Part shown: positions 38,296 through 51,600 of the stretch, piece by piece
How positions within the stretch are numbered: position 1 is the stretch's first letter
Layout: each line of letters starts with the position of its first letter
Assembly: GCA_973895155.1 (NCBI GenBank)
Contig: OZ316891.1
Coordinates: 12,770,771 to 12,834,770, forward strand
Source of the DNA: Marsupella aquatica
Taxonomy: Eukaryota; Plantae; Marchantiophyta
Direction of reading: 5' to 3'
Length of the DNA: 64,000 bases
Notes under the pieces: generated by a model
The model's database searches: none
What the model was told of the DNA's origin: nothing
Seen by the model: the letters and a program-made list of their open reading frames with translations, nothing else
Program-made: the position numbers and the translations under genes

Positions 38296-40134
38296 TACGT
38301 TCCAACGTGGTCTTTAAATAATCCCAACGGCCTATGTAGATTCTCAGTTCAATCTCCTCCACGACATGGCATTCAGCAAGTGTTTGAAAATTTATATTAG
38401 CTACATGGCATGAAATTTGGATGAGGCAACGTTCCGTTGAACACCCGGTTGAACACAGTTCCATAAGAGCGAGATTGTCTGTTTGACTGCAAACGTTCTC
38501 CGACCCGGTTTACGGCTTCCGTTTCAGTTCTCGTCAGTTTCACTTCATTACAGGCACGACAAGGAACATATGACGAGCGAGATCTCCGAATGAAATGTCT
38601 CCTAGAGCCTCAGTTTGCGGTCGAATCCTGCTTGAAGAGGTGCTGCAGCCCCTCGTAATATCTAGAATTATTTCCTAAGGATTAAGCTTGGCCACATGAT
38701 GCAGTGTCTGAATGGCTTTCACTGTAGTCATATTTGGGAGTTCTGGACAACAATGTCTTGCTGGCTAGGTTCTAGATATGTATCACGCGACGGAGCTTGC
38801 TGCCCAGCAACATCTGTAGAGTCGTTGGATTGAATCCTGAAACGACCGATGTACTGTAATAGTTTCAACGACCAAGTTGTACATAGATCAGGAATGGTTC
38901 CTGCACATCACTTTTCTCCAATCATGTCTGTTCGACCACTGCTTTCGAAAGATTCTTCATTTTTGAAACGTTTGGATGTCAACCTTGAGTTTATATGTTG
39001 TCAGAGCAATCGATTTTTTGTCATCCCAGGTAGAGTTTGGTCGAAGAGATGACAAACATGTCCGTGTTGGTGAGGATCTAGCAACGCCTCAGCGTGTCCG
39101 CTAATGGATGAAAATATTATAACCAAAGATGGTAACTGTCTAAGGCTTAATTTCACTGATATGGCTTAAATCGAGTGCTTCACCTAAATTGAGCGATGGA
39201 ATTGCGCTGGGAAGTCACAATATATAATCCAGTCAAGTTCAGACGAAGTCTTTGAGGTAGCGTAAATGGTTCGTGATCGAGATCTAGGCACTGAGACATC
39301 TTACGCATTCGGATTTGTTTTACAGTCGATTCGCTGAAGAAAATTATCCAAACGTGTACGATTGATTTTTCGATCACTGACAGCACTTTCTCCTGACTAT
39401 CGTCAGCTTTCATTGATAAGCCGATCGGGATTGATCCAGGGATAGAGTACAGTCACGCGGTCCTCCTGGGATGGGCTGTGAATGTCTTGGGCGTCAATAA
39501 TTTTGCCCATTTCTTTCGGAACTAGTGTACGTGCATGATGTCAGTGTCCAACGACAACGGTAAACAAATTTTTTAAGAAGTAGCTGGCCCTGGGAAGGAA
39601 GTCGTCGATCTGTAATGTACGTCCTCAAGAGTCGCTTACATTTCGAATCTACTAATTAACAAGCGAATCTTGCGGACTGGCTTAGTTTTCGTTGTAAAGG
39701 TTTGTATATAAGGATACATGCACGCAATTAGGATGCGGACGGACTGGTAGCCCGGTGCGATTATCTTTTTGTCAAGCTGAACTGTCTCATGAGGATAGTT
39801 TTGGACTCTTCAAGTCAAGCGAACTGAAATACTCCTTAGAACGAAATGGCAAGCTGGAAGTCCCGGCACAGAAGCTGCGGTCAGTATTACCTACCTCCCG
39901 CCTACCTCTTTGCAGTACGTAGGAGTGCTTGAGCTCAAGCCTCAAATTCCAAAGCCATCGAAGTTTCCGGGCTGGATTCGAATAGCAATTCAAGCAATCA
40001 TCATCAGACCTGTGTACTGCGCGCCTGGGAATAGCTTGAGACTAGCTTTATCAGGCCGTGTGATGAGGTAGATCGAGAGGAAGTTGAGCATTATATTGTG
40101 TCCAGGCCAGATGCTAAGATTTTGAAGTTGCACG

Positions 40135-40452
40135 ACTTGATTTTGGAACAGCAAACGGTAGACAGAGCTAGACAGCTGCACCTTAGCTCTCTGATTTCCA
40201 AGATTATCCTCAGCAACACCATCCATTAAAGTACAATGCAACTAGAAACCTGGCTTTCATCATGTATGTATAAAAATTGGCATCAGTTTTACACCTTGAT
40301 TTGGAACAGGCAACGGTAGACCAAAACAGCTGCACCTTAGTTCTCCGGTCTAAGTCAGTCGTTCCCAAGATTATCCTCAGAAACACCGTCTATCAAAGTA
40401 CAATGCAATTAGAAACCTGACAATCATCTTTTATGCATTAAAATTGGCATCA
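40135..40452. repeat. ~170-bp diverged tandem duplication
   Basis: ttggaacag..aacggtagac...acagctgcaccttag...ccaagattatcctcag..acacc.tc...aaagtacaatgcaa.tagaaacctg occurs twice. Confidence 0.75.
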
Positions 40453-41727
40453 CTCAAACTGAAGCTTGAACTTGAGTGTACAGTTTCAGTTAGCTGCAAA
40501 AGTCAAATATTATTGTCTATATACAGCACCCAGCTATCAGAATGGAATGTGATTGGGAAGAAACACCAGGCTGACAGTAGCTGCGGGAGTCATCATGTAC
40601 CAAGCAGTTCCACATCCGTCATCTTCCGGAATATGCCCAAGGCTGAAGCGTACCGTCTCACAGTTCATTCCATGGAACGATATTAACGAATCCTTGTATG
40701 TCGTGTCCAAGGCCCGTCCATAGCCATGCTTTCAGTTGCTGAAGTAGAATTCTTGCACGGCACATGTGCCTGGCCAAATCTTGAAAGTTCCACGGCTAAC
40801 CAGCCAGAAGGTTGATAGTTGATACGGTGTCGGAAGGTGTACTTTAACTTATAACGCCAGACGCACCGAGCTTGCGTTAGCTTTGTCAGATGAAGAGTAA
40901 ATCTTCGTCAGTGTCTCCTGGCAGTACGGTACGTAGGGCTGGGGGGTTAGCTAGTAGATCCGCAACGGTGAAGTATCGTCCGATCGAGGTATGTCCATTG
41001 CTAAATTTGAAATCTATTATGTTGTGACCTTCATACGTTGGTTGTTGGTTATTGATCGAAAGACCGCTCTACGCGTTTGAAGTGAAGGTCTATATTCTGC
41101 GCGCCTGACCTTCCCTAAAACACAAGTTCGGTGTGCTTTGATTAGTACCTTTCTGATGGCCGTAACATGTGACCTCACTCGATCCGTTGAGAGGGTCAAT
41201 GGAGTACTTTTGTAACACCGGCCAGGTCGACATTTCGCTTTTGGATCCGGTATCAATACTTGTTGAAGAAAGTTGGATCGCTATGTGAGCGGTTCTAGAC
41301 ATGGCAAGTCGAGCCTGTCGAATGGAATGTAGACTGATCTGCCTAGTTCCTCATTCTCTGAATTGCAAGTCAGGTCCTGACATCACGTCACTTGATATTG
41401 TAGAGAAATTGCATTATAGGAAATTCGACTGCAGCAGCGGAAGAATTTCTTCAGAATTAGAGTACGGCATCGACCCGGGCATCGATTAAAAACACTCAGT
41501 CGTCTCGATCTTTTCCTCTTCATCCACCAGATCTGCGATGCGCGCTAGTATACTGTATTATCAAGAGAAGCACTGAAACCAATTGACAATTAGAGTAGGA
41601 ACTGCGTTTGATCGATCACACTAAGTTCATACACTCGTGAGAGACATTACAGATTCTCGCAAAGAGTTCACCATTGTGCACTGTGTCTAATGGTTGGGTC
41701 TAATGGCACTCTATAGGAAGTCCCACG

Positions 41728-42415
41728 CCTGAAACTCTGATTATAGGCCTAATTAAAACAATTACTCATTCATGGCTCATCCTGAAACTCTGATTATAGG
41801 CCTAATTAAAACAATCAAGGGAGAACGTCTTGACCCTCCCTATAAGGCAAGGAGAAACTCTGATTATAGGACTAATTAGAAAAGTTACAGATTTATGCTT
41901 CATCCTGAAACTCGGATTATATAGGACTAATTAAAAAAATCAAGGGAGAATATATTGACCCTCCCTATAAGGCAAGGAGTTAGTGCCTCACCTCATTCTC
42001 ATAGCATGTACCCATTCTCATTCATTTCTTGGTCACTGAAACTCTTATTATAGGACTAATTAAAAAAAAATGGGGGAGGTAGCATTGACCCTCCCTAGAA
42101 GGCAAGGAGTTAGTGCCTCCTCAGTCTCATAGCATGTACCCCTTTTCATTCATTCTTGGTCAGTGAAACTCTAATTATAGGACTAACTAAAAAATGGGGG
42201 AGGTAGCATTGACCCTCCCTATAACTCAAGGAGTTAGTGCTTCACCATAGTCTCATAGCATGTACCCTTTTTCATTCATTCTCGGTCAGTGAAACTCTGA
42301 TTATAGAACTAATTAAAAAAATGGAGGAGGTAGCATTGTCCCTCTCTATAACCCAAGGAGTTAGTGCCTCACCTCAGTCTCAAGCATGTACCCTTTTTCA
42401 TTCATTCTCAGTCAG
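41728..42415. repeat. ~120-bp tandem repeat array (about 5-6 units, partial at the 5' end)
   Basis: Unit gaaactctgattataggactaattaaaaaa..gggaggtagcattgaccctccctataaggcaaggagttagtgcctca..tctcatagcatgtaccc..ttcattcatt. Confidence 0.9.
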
Positions 42416-43117
42416 TCGCCATGTCAAGAGCAACAGACATCACCCACAAGAACAAGCTAATCCCAGAGCTAATAAAGTATTTTGTACTATTGGGTGTTTT
42501 CACAACAATGCGAAGTTTGAGATCACTGGGTCTTTTCTTTTATTGCCAAGTGTGTTTTGTGTCTATGGGGATGAAAGAGGATGCTCAATTGATAGGGTAA
42601 TGAAGGGCCTACTCTGGCTATCCATTGTCGCTATGTTTAGGTATATGCAACTTTTAGTAACTATGAGGTAACTATTTTGCACTATGAAATAACTTTTGAT
42701 TAACCACAACATCTGGATGCTAAATTACTTCAAACTAGCCCCTTTAAAAACTTGGGGTCATGGCAGCATTATGAATAATTTTGAGGATAGGTAACAAATG
42801 ATAACCAGGCCCAGTTGGACCGAGTATTTTTCTCTGAAGCCCTTATGGAGTTTGTAAGCTGAGACGACTCACAGAGAACATGAAAGAATGCTCAGAACAC
42901 TCTTTACAATTTTGACTGAATGTGACCTGCAAACAGGCTTCTGACAAATCTCAAAGTTTGTGCCACATCATATATTGGACATATTAGAACATGATGAAAA
43001 ACAGTTGCGCTTCAGTAGCGGTTCCAACAGTAGTCCAAATGAATGCACAAATCTACCTAAGATGTAGGGTGTAGGGTCCAAGTGAATGCACGGCACTTTC
43101 TGATTGCTGAAGGCACC

Positions 43118-43358
43118 TGGAAAACCCACTTGGGGTGCCTATGTCAAAAGTGATGCGTCCTTCCCAGAACATTCCATCACTGTGAATCCCTGGAAAACCC
43201 ACCCAGGGTACCAATGTACCAATGTAAAAGTGATGCATCCTTTTAAAACATTCTATCAGTGTGATTTTGAATGTCAAGTGAAAACCCACCCAGGGTACCA
43301 ATGTAAAAGTGATGCATCCTTTTAAACATTCTATCAGTGTGATTTTGAATGTCAAGTG
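43118..43358. repeat. ~80-bp tandem repeat (about 3 copies)
   Basis: gaaaacccacccagggtaccaatgtaaaagtgatgcatccttttaaacattctatcagtgtgattttgaatgtcaagtga. Confidence 0.85.
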
Positions 43359-45048
43359 AGGCAGCCTGCTAAGCAGTCCATGGATATGGGCAACCCCTCA
43401 ATCCATCCGGTTAGGAAAATCAATGGACTGACATAGATTATAGGGGATATGGTGATCTATAAGAGATAGGACAAGACGTCTTAGATTAGGTTAGACCAGA
43501 ATCGAGGTCCACTTATGTGATACCCTTCGCGTTGTTGGAAATAGAACCTCTAGACTATAAGGGATGACCTTCCATCGGCAGGCAAGTTTTGATATGAATC
43601 AATCTATGGCAAGTTTTGATAAGTCATGTCATAGATTGATTCATAGCGGAAAAGGGGAGCCAGAGGAAAAACGAGTTATATTGTCTTCTCTTGAACCGTT
43701 AGATATCAAACTCTGATAGGTTCTCAAGGTCACGCTCTCTGGTAGACAAATTTTGCGAGGAAATTAGGTTCTACATTTGCACACATCCACAGGAAAGTCT
43801 ATTGGAAGAAAGGGATCTAATCCATCATTTGGTAGTGTCCATCCATAGAATACAGTCAAAAGCTGAAGGGGGATCAGTGCAGGGCCCTTCTCCGTTTAAG
43901 AAATCAGTCATCTGTCCCTGACTGATACCACTATTCTCTCACAACCTCAAAAGCTGTGGACAGAATACAAATGTCAGTCTGTAAAAATGACAGAGGATAT
44001 TATACTCCTGCATCCTCTTTACAAAGATAGCCTAGGGTAGACCCCTGCCACAAAAACGCCAAATTATAGTGCAATTTGGCACAAGATAGCACAAAATTAT
44101 GTGACCGTTGGTCACACTGGCGTTGTGACACTACTCTCAGGAAAAGAATTGCATAGGCCCGGTAGAACGGACCGCATTAGCCGTGCCACATAAATATATG
44201 AACCGGTGTCCCATGCGATCAATTGAAGGCGGAGCATGCAACACACCACAAAGACTGTCCAGCTGCAGGGCAAACAAATCTCACCGATATGTACGGCATT
44301 AAAGCAATCAGTCATCGTAAATGCTACGATATGTCGCTTTATGGAGCAGATTTCTACCAAATTTTCTCTTTCAAACAACTAAAGGTCAAAGTAATAAAAA
44401 CCTCAAATTAATGTCCTAACCATTATTTCTGCATCTACCTGCTGCTGCGCCAGTAATACATTGGGTATCTTTGATGGGATGCACTAGTAGACACGAGATT
44501 CATCACCCACATTGGCAGGTGTTAAATGGTCCTCACTCCCTACAAACAAAAATAAAATCAAACACAAAGCGAGAATGGTTTGAAGGCTGAAAATTACTCT
44601 CGGCTCACTATACTAAACACCGATAACTAGAGATATCCAGGGCAAACCAGAACGGAGGTGTCCACCGGCATAGCCATTTCCTCCAACAAATCCTGATCCA
44701 GCCGGGTGATTTCCTGATACTCTGGCGACCATCACTTCTCGCTTCCACCCCCGCACCGGGCCAAAACAATCCCGTCCAATTTGCTTGACATACACTTTAA
44801 AATCAATTCAAATCTCTCCTCTGGTCCGTGGCTAGTCACAATTTTCTGGTTGGTTAAGAGCCCCCAGATAACAATTGGATGAAGAATACGTAAGTACAGT
44901 TGTGTCCACCATATCCAATCAAGTAGATACTTCTACAGAATTCCAGCTTTGGGCCACCCTAACTACAATTCTGCTGACATGGCAGCAAAAGCAATGCGCA
45001 TGTTGCCTTAAGCTATCTCTACATTGGCAATAACCTACAGGGCATAAA

Positions 45049-47399
45049 CTATCTTGCGCTCCGGTGCAGCTTGAAACCAAATATCCTTGGAATATAACTC
45101 TGGGTGGGCTTCGGAGGTTTTATATAGGGATAAGTCATCAAGAAAAGGTGAGGAAAAGTTGTTCCAAAATACGCGCCGTCAATGTCTGAGCATGCTGTTA
45201 AGTTTACTTCGACATTCCATACGATTGGCCTCACGACGAACAGCAACCCTGCTGAGAACTATACGCACAGAACTCAAACAGCTTCGGTAACTTAGAAAGA
45301 TGCAAATTACAACACAAACGAGCGTCAGAGCTAGTACTGAAAAGCAAACATGCGTGCCGTCTAGAAAGGATACTGCCTTGGTACTTCGACCTTGGGTAGT
45401 ATATGTCTTCGCATTTGGGACAATAAATCTTCACGGTACTCGTTCGCGGAATATCTGACTGGCCGATAGGTAAGCACGGCTGCCCCGAGCAATATACCCT
45501 TGGACACCTACCGAAGTCCACGTTTTTGCACTTCTCAAGCTGCGCGTTCGTAGCAAAGTAAGAATCATGAGAAAAATCCTCCCGGCAAGATCGATCACAA
45601 ATTTTCCTCTGAATTGTAAAAACTATGGAGAGGAATTCGCGGTCCAAACCATAAAACCATCATCGAATGTGAAGGAACAAGGATAAGGGGCCGATGTCAA
45701 ACCATGGCGTTCATTCCCTTGCTTGTCAATATATAACGGACATGAATCAATCCATACAACATCTCGGCTGCAGACTCCACCATTTCGTTTTGCTCCTCAG
45801 TCAGCATGTCATCTGCCCAGTCACGCCCGCATCAATTTCTTAGTAGAAACGTCTTGTCCAAACCATACTCGCGTGAAGACACTCACTCTCAAGTAAACAT
45901 TCCAGGTCCATGCTGTACTTTGCTATTACCACCAAGAATAATAAGATGCTCCAAAATGGACTAGTCTTCTCTAGTATGACTCCTAAAACATTGGCCCCGA
46001 AGCACCTGCACAGGTTCCATATACTTACAGCGATATTGGAGCTTTCCTTCGGCCAAACATGCATAGCACTACTAAAACAAGCTAACGAAAATAAGGGTTC
46101 ACGCTAGACCTTTGCATAAAAACAGTGAAATCTTTGAGGGTAAGGGAAGCATTTCAAGATCACTGCAAGTAAGCGATGGCATCTTCAAAGAGATCAGGAA
46201 CACATTCAAATGGCCCTCCATGATATTTAGGTCAAGAAACTGCGGCGTTACCGTTTGGTGACTCGACGTCCAGTATTAGGTCAAGCGCATAATCATAATA
46301 AGGAACTTGGCTGCTGAGTCCACTAAGGTTGAACTCATCCTGTATGTACTCGTCATCAACTTCACAGAAGAATTCGTTCCCTCTCAAACCGCAAAACCAC
46401 GCAATCCAGGACGTATCCTCTCCATCTGAGCCACTTACATCAGACTCCTCACTGTCCGTGTCTGAATCCTCTCCTGCACAATGTCGAAACGGGTCGCCAA
46501 TGCCATCAGGTCAGATGGGTTCCCCGAGACCCGACCCGAGATCTTAGAACTAGGTTAAGAAGAAGACCTAAGTTCACTAAAACCATGAAATCTCTCAACA
46601 ATATCGTCCGCAGAGTTGAGCTGCAATGGCTAGGTCCTATTGAACTGGAGTTGCCCCCAAAAAGAAGATTCCGAACAACGCAGGTAGGAAAACAGGAGAT
46701 AGAATGCCGACTTCCATTCATCTCTAGCAGTGCATGTCCAGTCTGCTTTGAGCGTAAGTCTTGCACGAACAATATACAAGATAAGGCGCAAAAACCTAGA
46801 AAAGAAACGATCACCAGATAGCAGCCCTATCCCGCGATCGCCAAGCTACATGTGACAGGTATTAAAGCTGCCGCACGAGACCTACTAGAATTGGACTACA
46901 GTAAGGCAACACTTAGATGGTCGACAGAGGACACGAAAGAATTAGTCAAGTAGGTAAGAATGTAAGGAACACCTGTCCCTGTGAACATGTCAGGCTGGGA
47001 TGCAAAGCCACTTCCCTGAATGATTCGTGGAAAGATTCCTTTCGTGGGCAAATATGGATGAACACAAACAACGATTGACATGGTAACCGGATCCTGTCGG
47101 GTATATATCTCCCTCAACGCACTTTTGAATCCTAGAAACTTACCGTCATCAGGGTACTTCGTTTTCTCGAAAGCAGTTCGAGTGTCCGAATTGCCGGCAC
47201 GTCGGGCAGAAGAGATCGAAGGACCTGATGGTCGTTCTTTTTCTCTTCCATTTCCTCCTTTAGAGGTCGAAGGAGAAGATTTATCCAGAGCATCTTCCGA
47301 GCGCTTCTTGTCAGTCGTCTCCCGAAATAGAGGCGTATCCGTTTTGCCTGTGACAACTCTGCCGTCCGTTGCCTGCGATAAGATCCGCTCTTTGAACAT
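45049..47399 (-). CDS. CKB: Casein kinase II regulatory subunit beta, 296 aa; complement(join(45049..45185,45374..45539,45703..45812,46252..46473,47144..47399))
   Basis: Motifs [44 protein letters not shown], zinc finger CPRVYC...CPKC and [17 protein letters not shown], plus a plant-type N-terminal extension. 891 nt with consistent phases. Confidence 0.96.
45186..45373 (-). other. U12-type (minor spliceosome) GT-AG intron in CK2 beta
   Basis: 5' splice site GTATCCTTT; branch-like AACTTAAC 11 nt upstream of the acceptor end; no polypyrimidine tract. Confidence 0.85.
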
Positions 47400-48136
47400 A
47401 TCCTCGCGCTTTCGGACGTCCTGGAGGAGCTCGCGCTCCTCGAGACTACTAAACAAGATCTATCAATATGCTCGTTGTTGCTAACATGTCACGTAGCTCC
47501 TCCGAAACGAGGCTCTAACGAAAACACCGTCACCATGGCACCTAGCCTTCCAAGATTTTTCAAATCCTACAAATCTCCGCCGCTCTCGATCTTCCTTCCG
47601 TCGACTGTGCCTACCGCTTTCTCCACCAGCCGGTAAGCCACGAAAGGCAATGGCCAAAGTTCAAATCCTTGCCCAAGCTCGCAATACCGTAAAATCACAG
47701 CTCTGTCAACAGAACAGATGTTCATGCACCACGCAGGGAGACCGCGACTCTCGACAGTCTAATCTGCGAGCGGCACGCACCTGCAAACGAGGTAGAACCG
47801 ATCCTTCCACGAAGACACACTCCACGTCCTCCTCTTCTCTTGAAAAGACAGCCCGCCTGGCAACGCCCCCGTGTATTCCTTCCCACCCTGGTCACGATGA
47901 TCCCCTCCCTTAAAGCCCCTACCAAATCTCCTCCCACTCTTAAAAAAATATCTCCTCCTCGTCCAATGTCCAGCTTTCCTCGAACTATACACAGTACTGT
48001 AGCACTACTCTAGCTGCTGCCAACTTATCGCCTCCCTCTCTTCCCTTCTCTCCCCCTCTCCTCCGCTAAACTCACTTCCTCTATTCCCCGACCGAACAAA
48101 ATTTGAACTTCTATGCAAAACGAGTTCTGGCATCAG

Positions 48137-48455
48137 TCTCTCTCTCTCTCTCTCTCTCTCTCGATCACTCACTCACCCAGCCAGACAGACGCACGGGGAT
48201 GATGCAAAATGCCCGCCCCGCCCCGCCCGCCATCAACTCGAGCAGCAGAGATTGTGATGCCCCGAACAGCTGGTGCTACGCTTTGGCTCGTCGGCTCGTC
48301 GGCTCGTTGGGTGAACCAGACGAGACGAGACGAGACCGAGACCGAGACGAGACGAGAAGAGAAGAGACGAGACTAGAAGAGACGAAAGGAAAGGAAAGGA
48401 AAGGAAAAGGAAAAGGAAAGGAAAGGAAACGAGGAGAATGATGGTGGTGATGATG
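48137..48455. repeat. Microsatellite cluster upstream of CK2 beta: (TC)n, (GAGAC)n, (GGAAA)n, (GAT/GGT)n
   Basis: Directly visible simple repeats. Confidence 0.85.
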
Positions 48456-49499
48456 ATGCGGGAACGGGGAGGAGGAGTAGGAGCAGCAGCACGCCTGGAA
48501 AAATGTGCTGTCTTGGACTAACGTGGGGCCGGCCGGTGAGGCAGGGACCCCACTTATCAGGGTAGGGACGGGCCGGGTTCCCACGACTCGCCCGCAATTA
48601 GATTACTACACTCGTCCGCCCCCCGTTCGTGAACCTCACGACTCTACGGTCCCGTCAGGAGGATTACTGTAGGTTCGAGGAGGCGTTGTTGCTCGAAACT
48701 TAATTGCTTGCTTACTGTAATTCTTTTACCGTTGTTGAGACTCCTGGGGTTTCAAGGTAAATCAACGGGTCTGAATCACTCACGGGTCCTATCAAGTAAG
48801 ACATTTCATTTTGAGATCCCATCAATCAAATTCCTAGCTTAAGGGGCCTTCTTCTGGTTTTCCCCTTTTGATGCTTTTCATCCTATACATATTTCAAAAT
48901 TAAAGTCCAATGCACAAATAAGTTACCTAAAGTAGTTTTTTTTTCTTAAGAACTAGTATGTGTACTGATATATATCATATCATCAATCAAGTCTATTATA
49001 TCAAATTGCTTACCATCTATATTATCATTTGAAATCCAAATCTGCATGTGCGTGGAACACTTATTGTTTCTTATATTTTATGCTATGTTATGTTATACTT
49101 ATGAATAGACATGAGTATGGGGCACCCTTCCTATGGAGAACCCTTCTTATGTATGAACGCCAGAATTTGGCTTCTATTCAAAAAATGAGTTGAACTTATT
49201 TTGCAGTTATCACAAACACTACCAAAAATTGTCCCAAGCATTGAAAACCTAATTAATTATATATTTACGAGCCCTATGCTCTTGTGTTGCATGGTGCAAG
49301 GAGGGTCGACCCACAGGGAGTCGGGCCAGGGCATTTATGGGGCAGCGGGAAGCACATATGTGCTAGGGTGCACATTTACTCCATCAATGGTCAAGGAAAA
49401 CAGCCAAACAAATCCAACATCTATGGATCTTTCCGCCCATGAGCTTTTTTGTATTGGGACGAAAGACAAAAAAAAAAGGTGGGATCCCTTATTTTTTAT

Positions 49500-50860
49500 T
49501 TTTTAAGGGAAATCTATGAAACCCACAAAAAGGGAAGAGTCAGCCACAATAGTTGAACCCAAGACCTATCAGTCTCTACTCAAATGAGTTACCACAAAGT
49601 CATGGCTCTTTGGGCGGGATCCCTTATTATAGTTGTGCTCTAGCTAGTCCCTATGTGTGTCCTCACCACATGCAATCTTTCCTTACTCTGTTCTTGACAT
49701 TCATTAATTGCGTCTAGGGTCTCACTATATCTAGCCTCCCGTCACCTGCAACATTTTAAGGTCTTGTGCACACTGAAACTTTAAATTTCTTTGCTCCTAT
49801 TAGTTTGGAATATTCTAAAAGCTGGAAAGAAAACACTCTCTTTCCTTATAAATCACTCTGTTTTTTCACAAACATTAAGCATCTCTCCTACCCAATAAAA
49901 CTAGCATATGCTTTGTCATGTGAGATTTCAATTTTATATCAGGCCAGATTGCAGGCCGGGTTCCCTTCCTGATGTCTTCACCCACACCAAAATTCCAGGG
50001 GGTTTAATTTACTAGGGCCCTATCCTAGCTAGCAGAGCGTCCAGGTGTGGTTCCAAAAAGGTGCATTTAATGTGCCTCATCCCCATGACCCATCTCTATC
50101 TGTTTTTCTCTCTATCACAAATATAATACATTGATGCGCCAAAAAATGCACTGGTTGTCATTCAAATTTGGCATGTTTTTTGGGTGGAAAAAATGAAAAC
50201 CTGAAAATGGAAAGAATAAATAAGAATATATTTGGTGTGCACTGTTTTCCAAGAAAGAAGAACAAAATGCAACCAATCATGACCTTTCTTCAAAATACTG
50301 TTTTTTTTACACTGCTAGTTCTATCCATACAACCCCTCAGAAATACATGTCTGCCCAAGCTGCCCTTTAGCCCTCACCTGGCCTGAGATTAAAAACTTTT
50401 GTGAGAGAACATGTATTGGTTTCTTGAAAAACATTTAGCTTGGGTCCACAAAGTAGTATTGGATCAAGAGAGTTATGCAAAATCTTACTAATAAAGCGTG
50501 AACTGTGGTCAACTTTTCACAAGCTAGGGTCTAGAGTGAAACCTCTAGACCATAACTCTATGGTCATCATGTGTATGGGAAAAATTTATGACATGACTAT
50601 GATGTGTGTACATGCCAGTTTTATGTGATAATTTTTAAATATTTACATTAACAAATATAGGTAGTATGGCCCCACCACAACATATGTGCATAGAACATGG
50701 ATGTGCATATAAAAAACCTGATATATTATATATGACTATTAAAATGTTGGGTTTTTTTATCATTTCATTAATCTTCAAAGAATATGAATAGAAAATATAT
50801 TTTAATAATTTTTTTATTGTCCTCTCCGCTATTCACGTTCAAAGAATGGGTAGTTGTGGC
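49500..50860. mobile_element. Dispersed AT-rich TE relic related to 7795-8560
   Basis: Same four blocks as at 7795-8560 in a different order, including a tRNA-like head on the minus strand at 49552-49603. Confidence 0.55.
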
Positions 50861-51279
50861 TAGTACACATACACATTGAACATACAGACTGACCAAACAA
50901 AAAGGGTGACCACTGTTCTTGTTTTGCCTGATTCCAAAAATGTGACTAAGTAATGAGAAAAGAGATAGAAAAGGGGCAACCTTGTGTAATTAGTCCATTC
51001 TGTTACAACCATCTACGTTGGCAGTCAGGCAGTGTGAACCTCTGAAGTAATCAAATGAGGGTAATTCCAGCAAAACTACGCAGTCGACCATGCCTTAGCC
51101 AGGGTTAATGCTAACTTAACCACAGTTATTGTTATAACTAACCATGGTTGTAACCAAACACAACATGAAGGCAGCCCGGTGGCATTTACCATTCCAAATC
51201 TAAAAGAGGAGTCTAGTCAGGTTTCCTTAGAACGAATTCAGAGGATCCAGGGGAGGGCTGATATTATTATGGGCTTTTA

Positions 51280-51600
51280 GAGCTAGGTTCCATGGGGCTG
51301 GGAGTAAGGAGTAAGGATGCTCTCAGAATTTGTAAGCCAATAAGATTGCAACTTTTCCAGGGACTGAGGGGTGTACAAATACTGTATCAAGGAGTATGAT
51401 TTTTCCTCACACTCCCTCTTAAAATTCAGGGGTACCCCCTGCCCCTGTATAAGAACAGTATTGGGCATTCTCATTGGCTCCTGAGTCAAATTCATACATT
51501 TAAAATACTGTATACACCTTGGCATACAGTGTATTTGGGCCCTAGGGGATGTCAGAGGGAGTGACCGTACTCCCTACCCCTGGCCCATGGAACCTGGCCC
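51280..51600. mobile_element. Tourist (PIF/Harbinger) MITE, 321 bp
   Basis: TIR GAGCTAGGTTCCATGGGGCTGGGAGTAAGGAGTA versus GGGCCAGGTTCCATGGGCCAGGGGTAGGGAGTA (reverse complement of the right end). TTA TSD at 51277-51279 and 51601-51603. A paralogous empty site lies at about 51703. Confidence 0.85.

Noticed and set aside
40200-40265. C/D-box snoRNA on the minus strand (ATGATGA...CTGA)
   Set aside because: Only about 55 nt long, the C box is degraded in the duplicate copy, and I recognise no rRNA guide.
41728-42415. CRISPR-like array, or the 144-aa ORF 42237-42671 as a gene
   Set aside because: Whole units are repeated as in a satellite; the ORF begins in the repeat and has no domain.
48103-48597. 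Arg/Glu/Lys-rich and His-rich ORFs
   Set aside because: They are translations of microsatellites upstream of CK2 beta.
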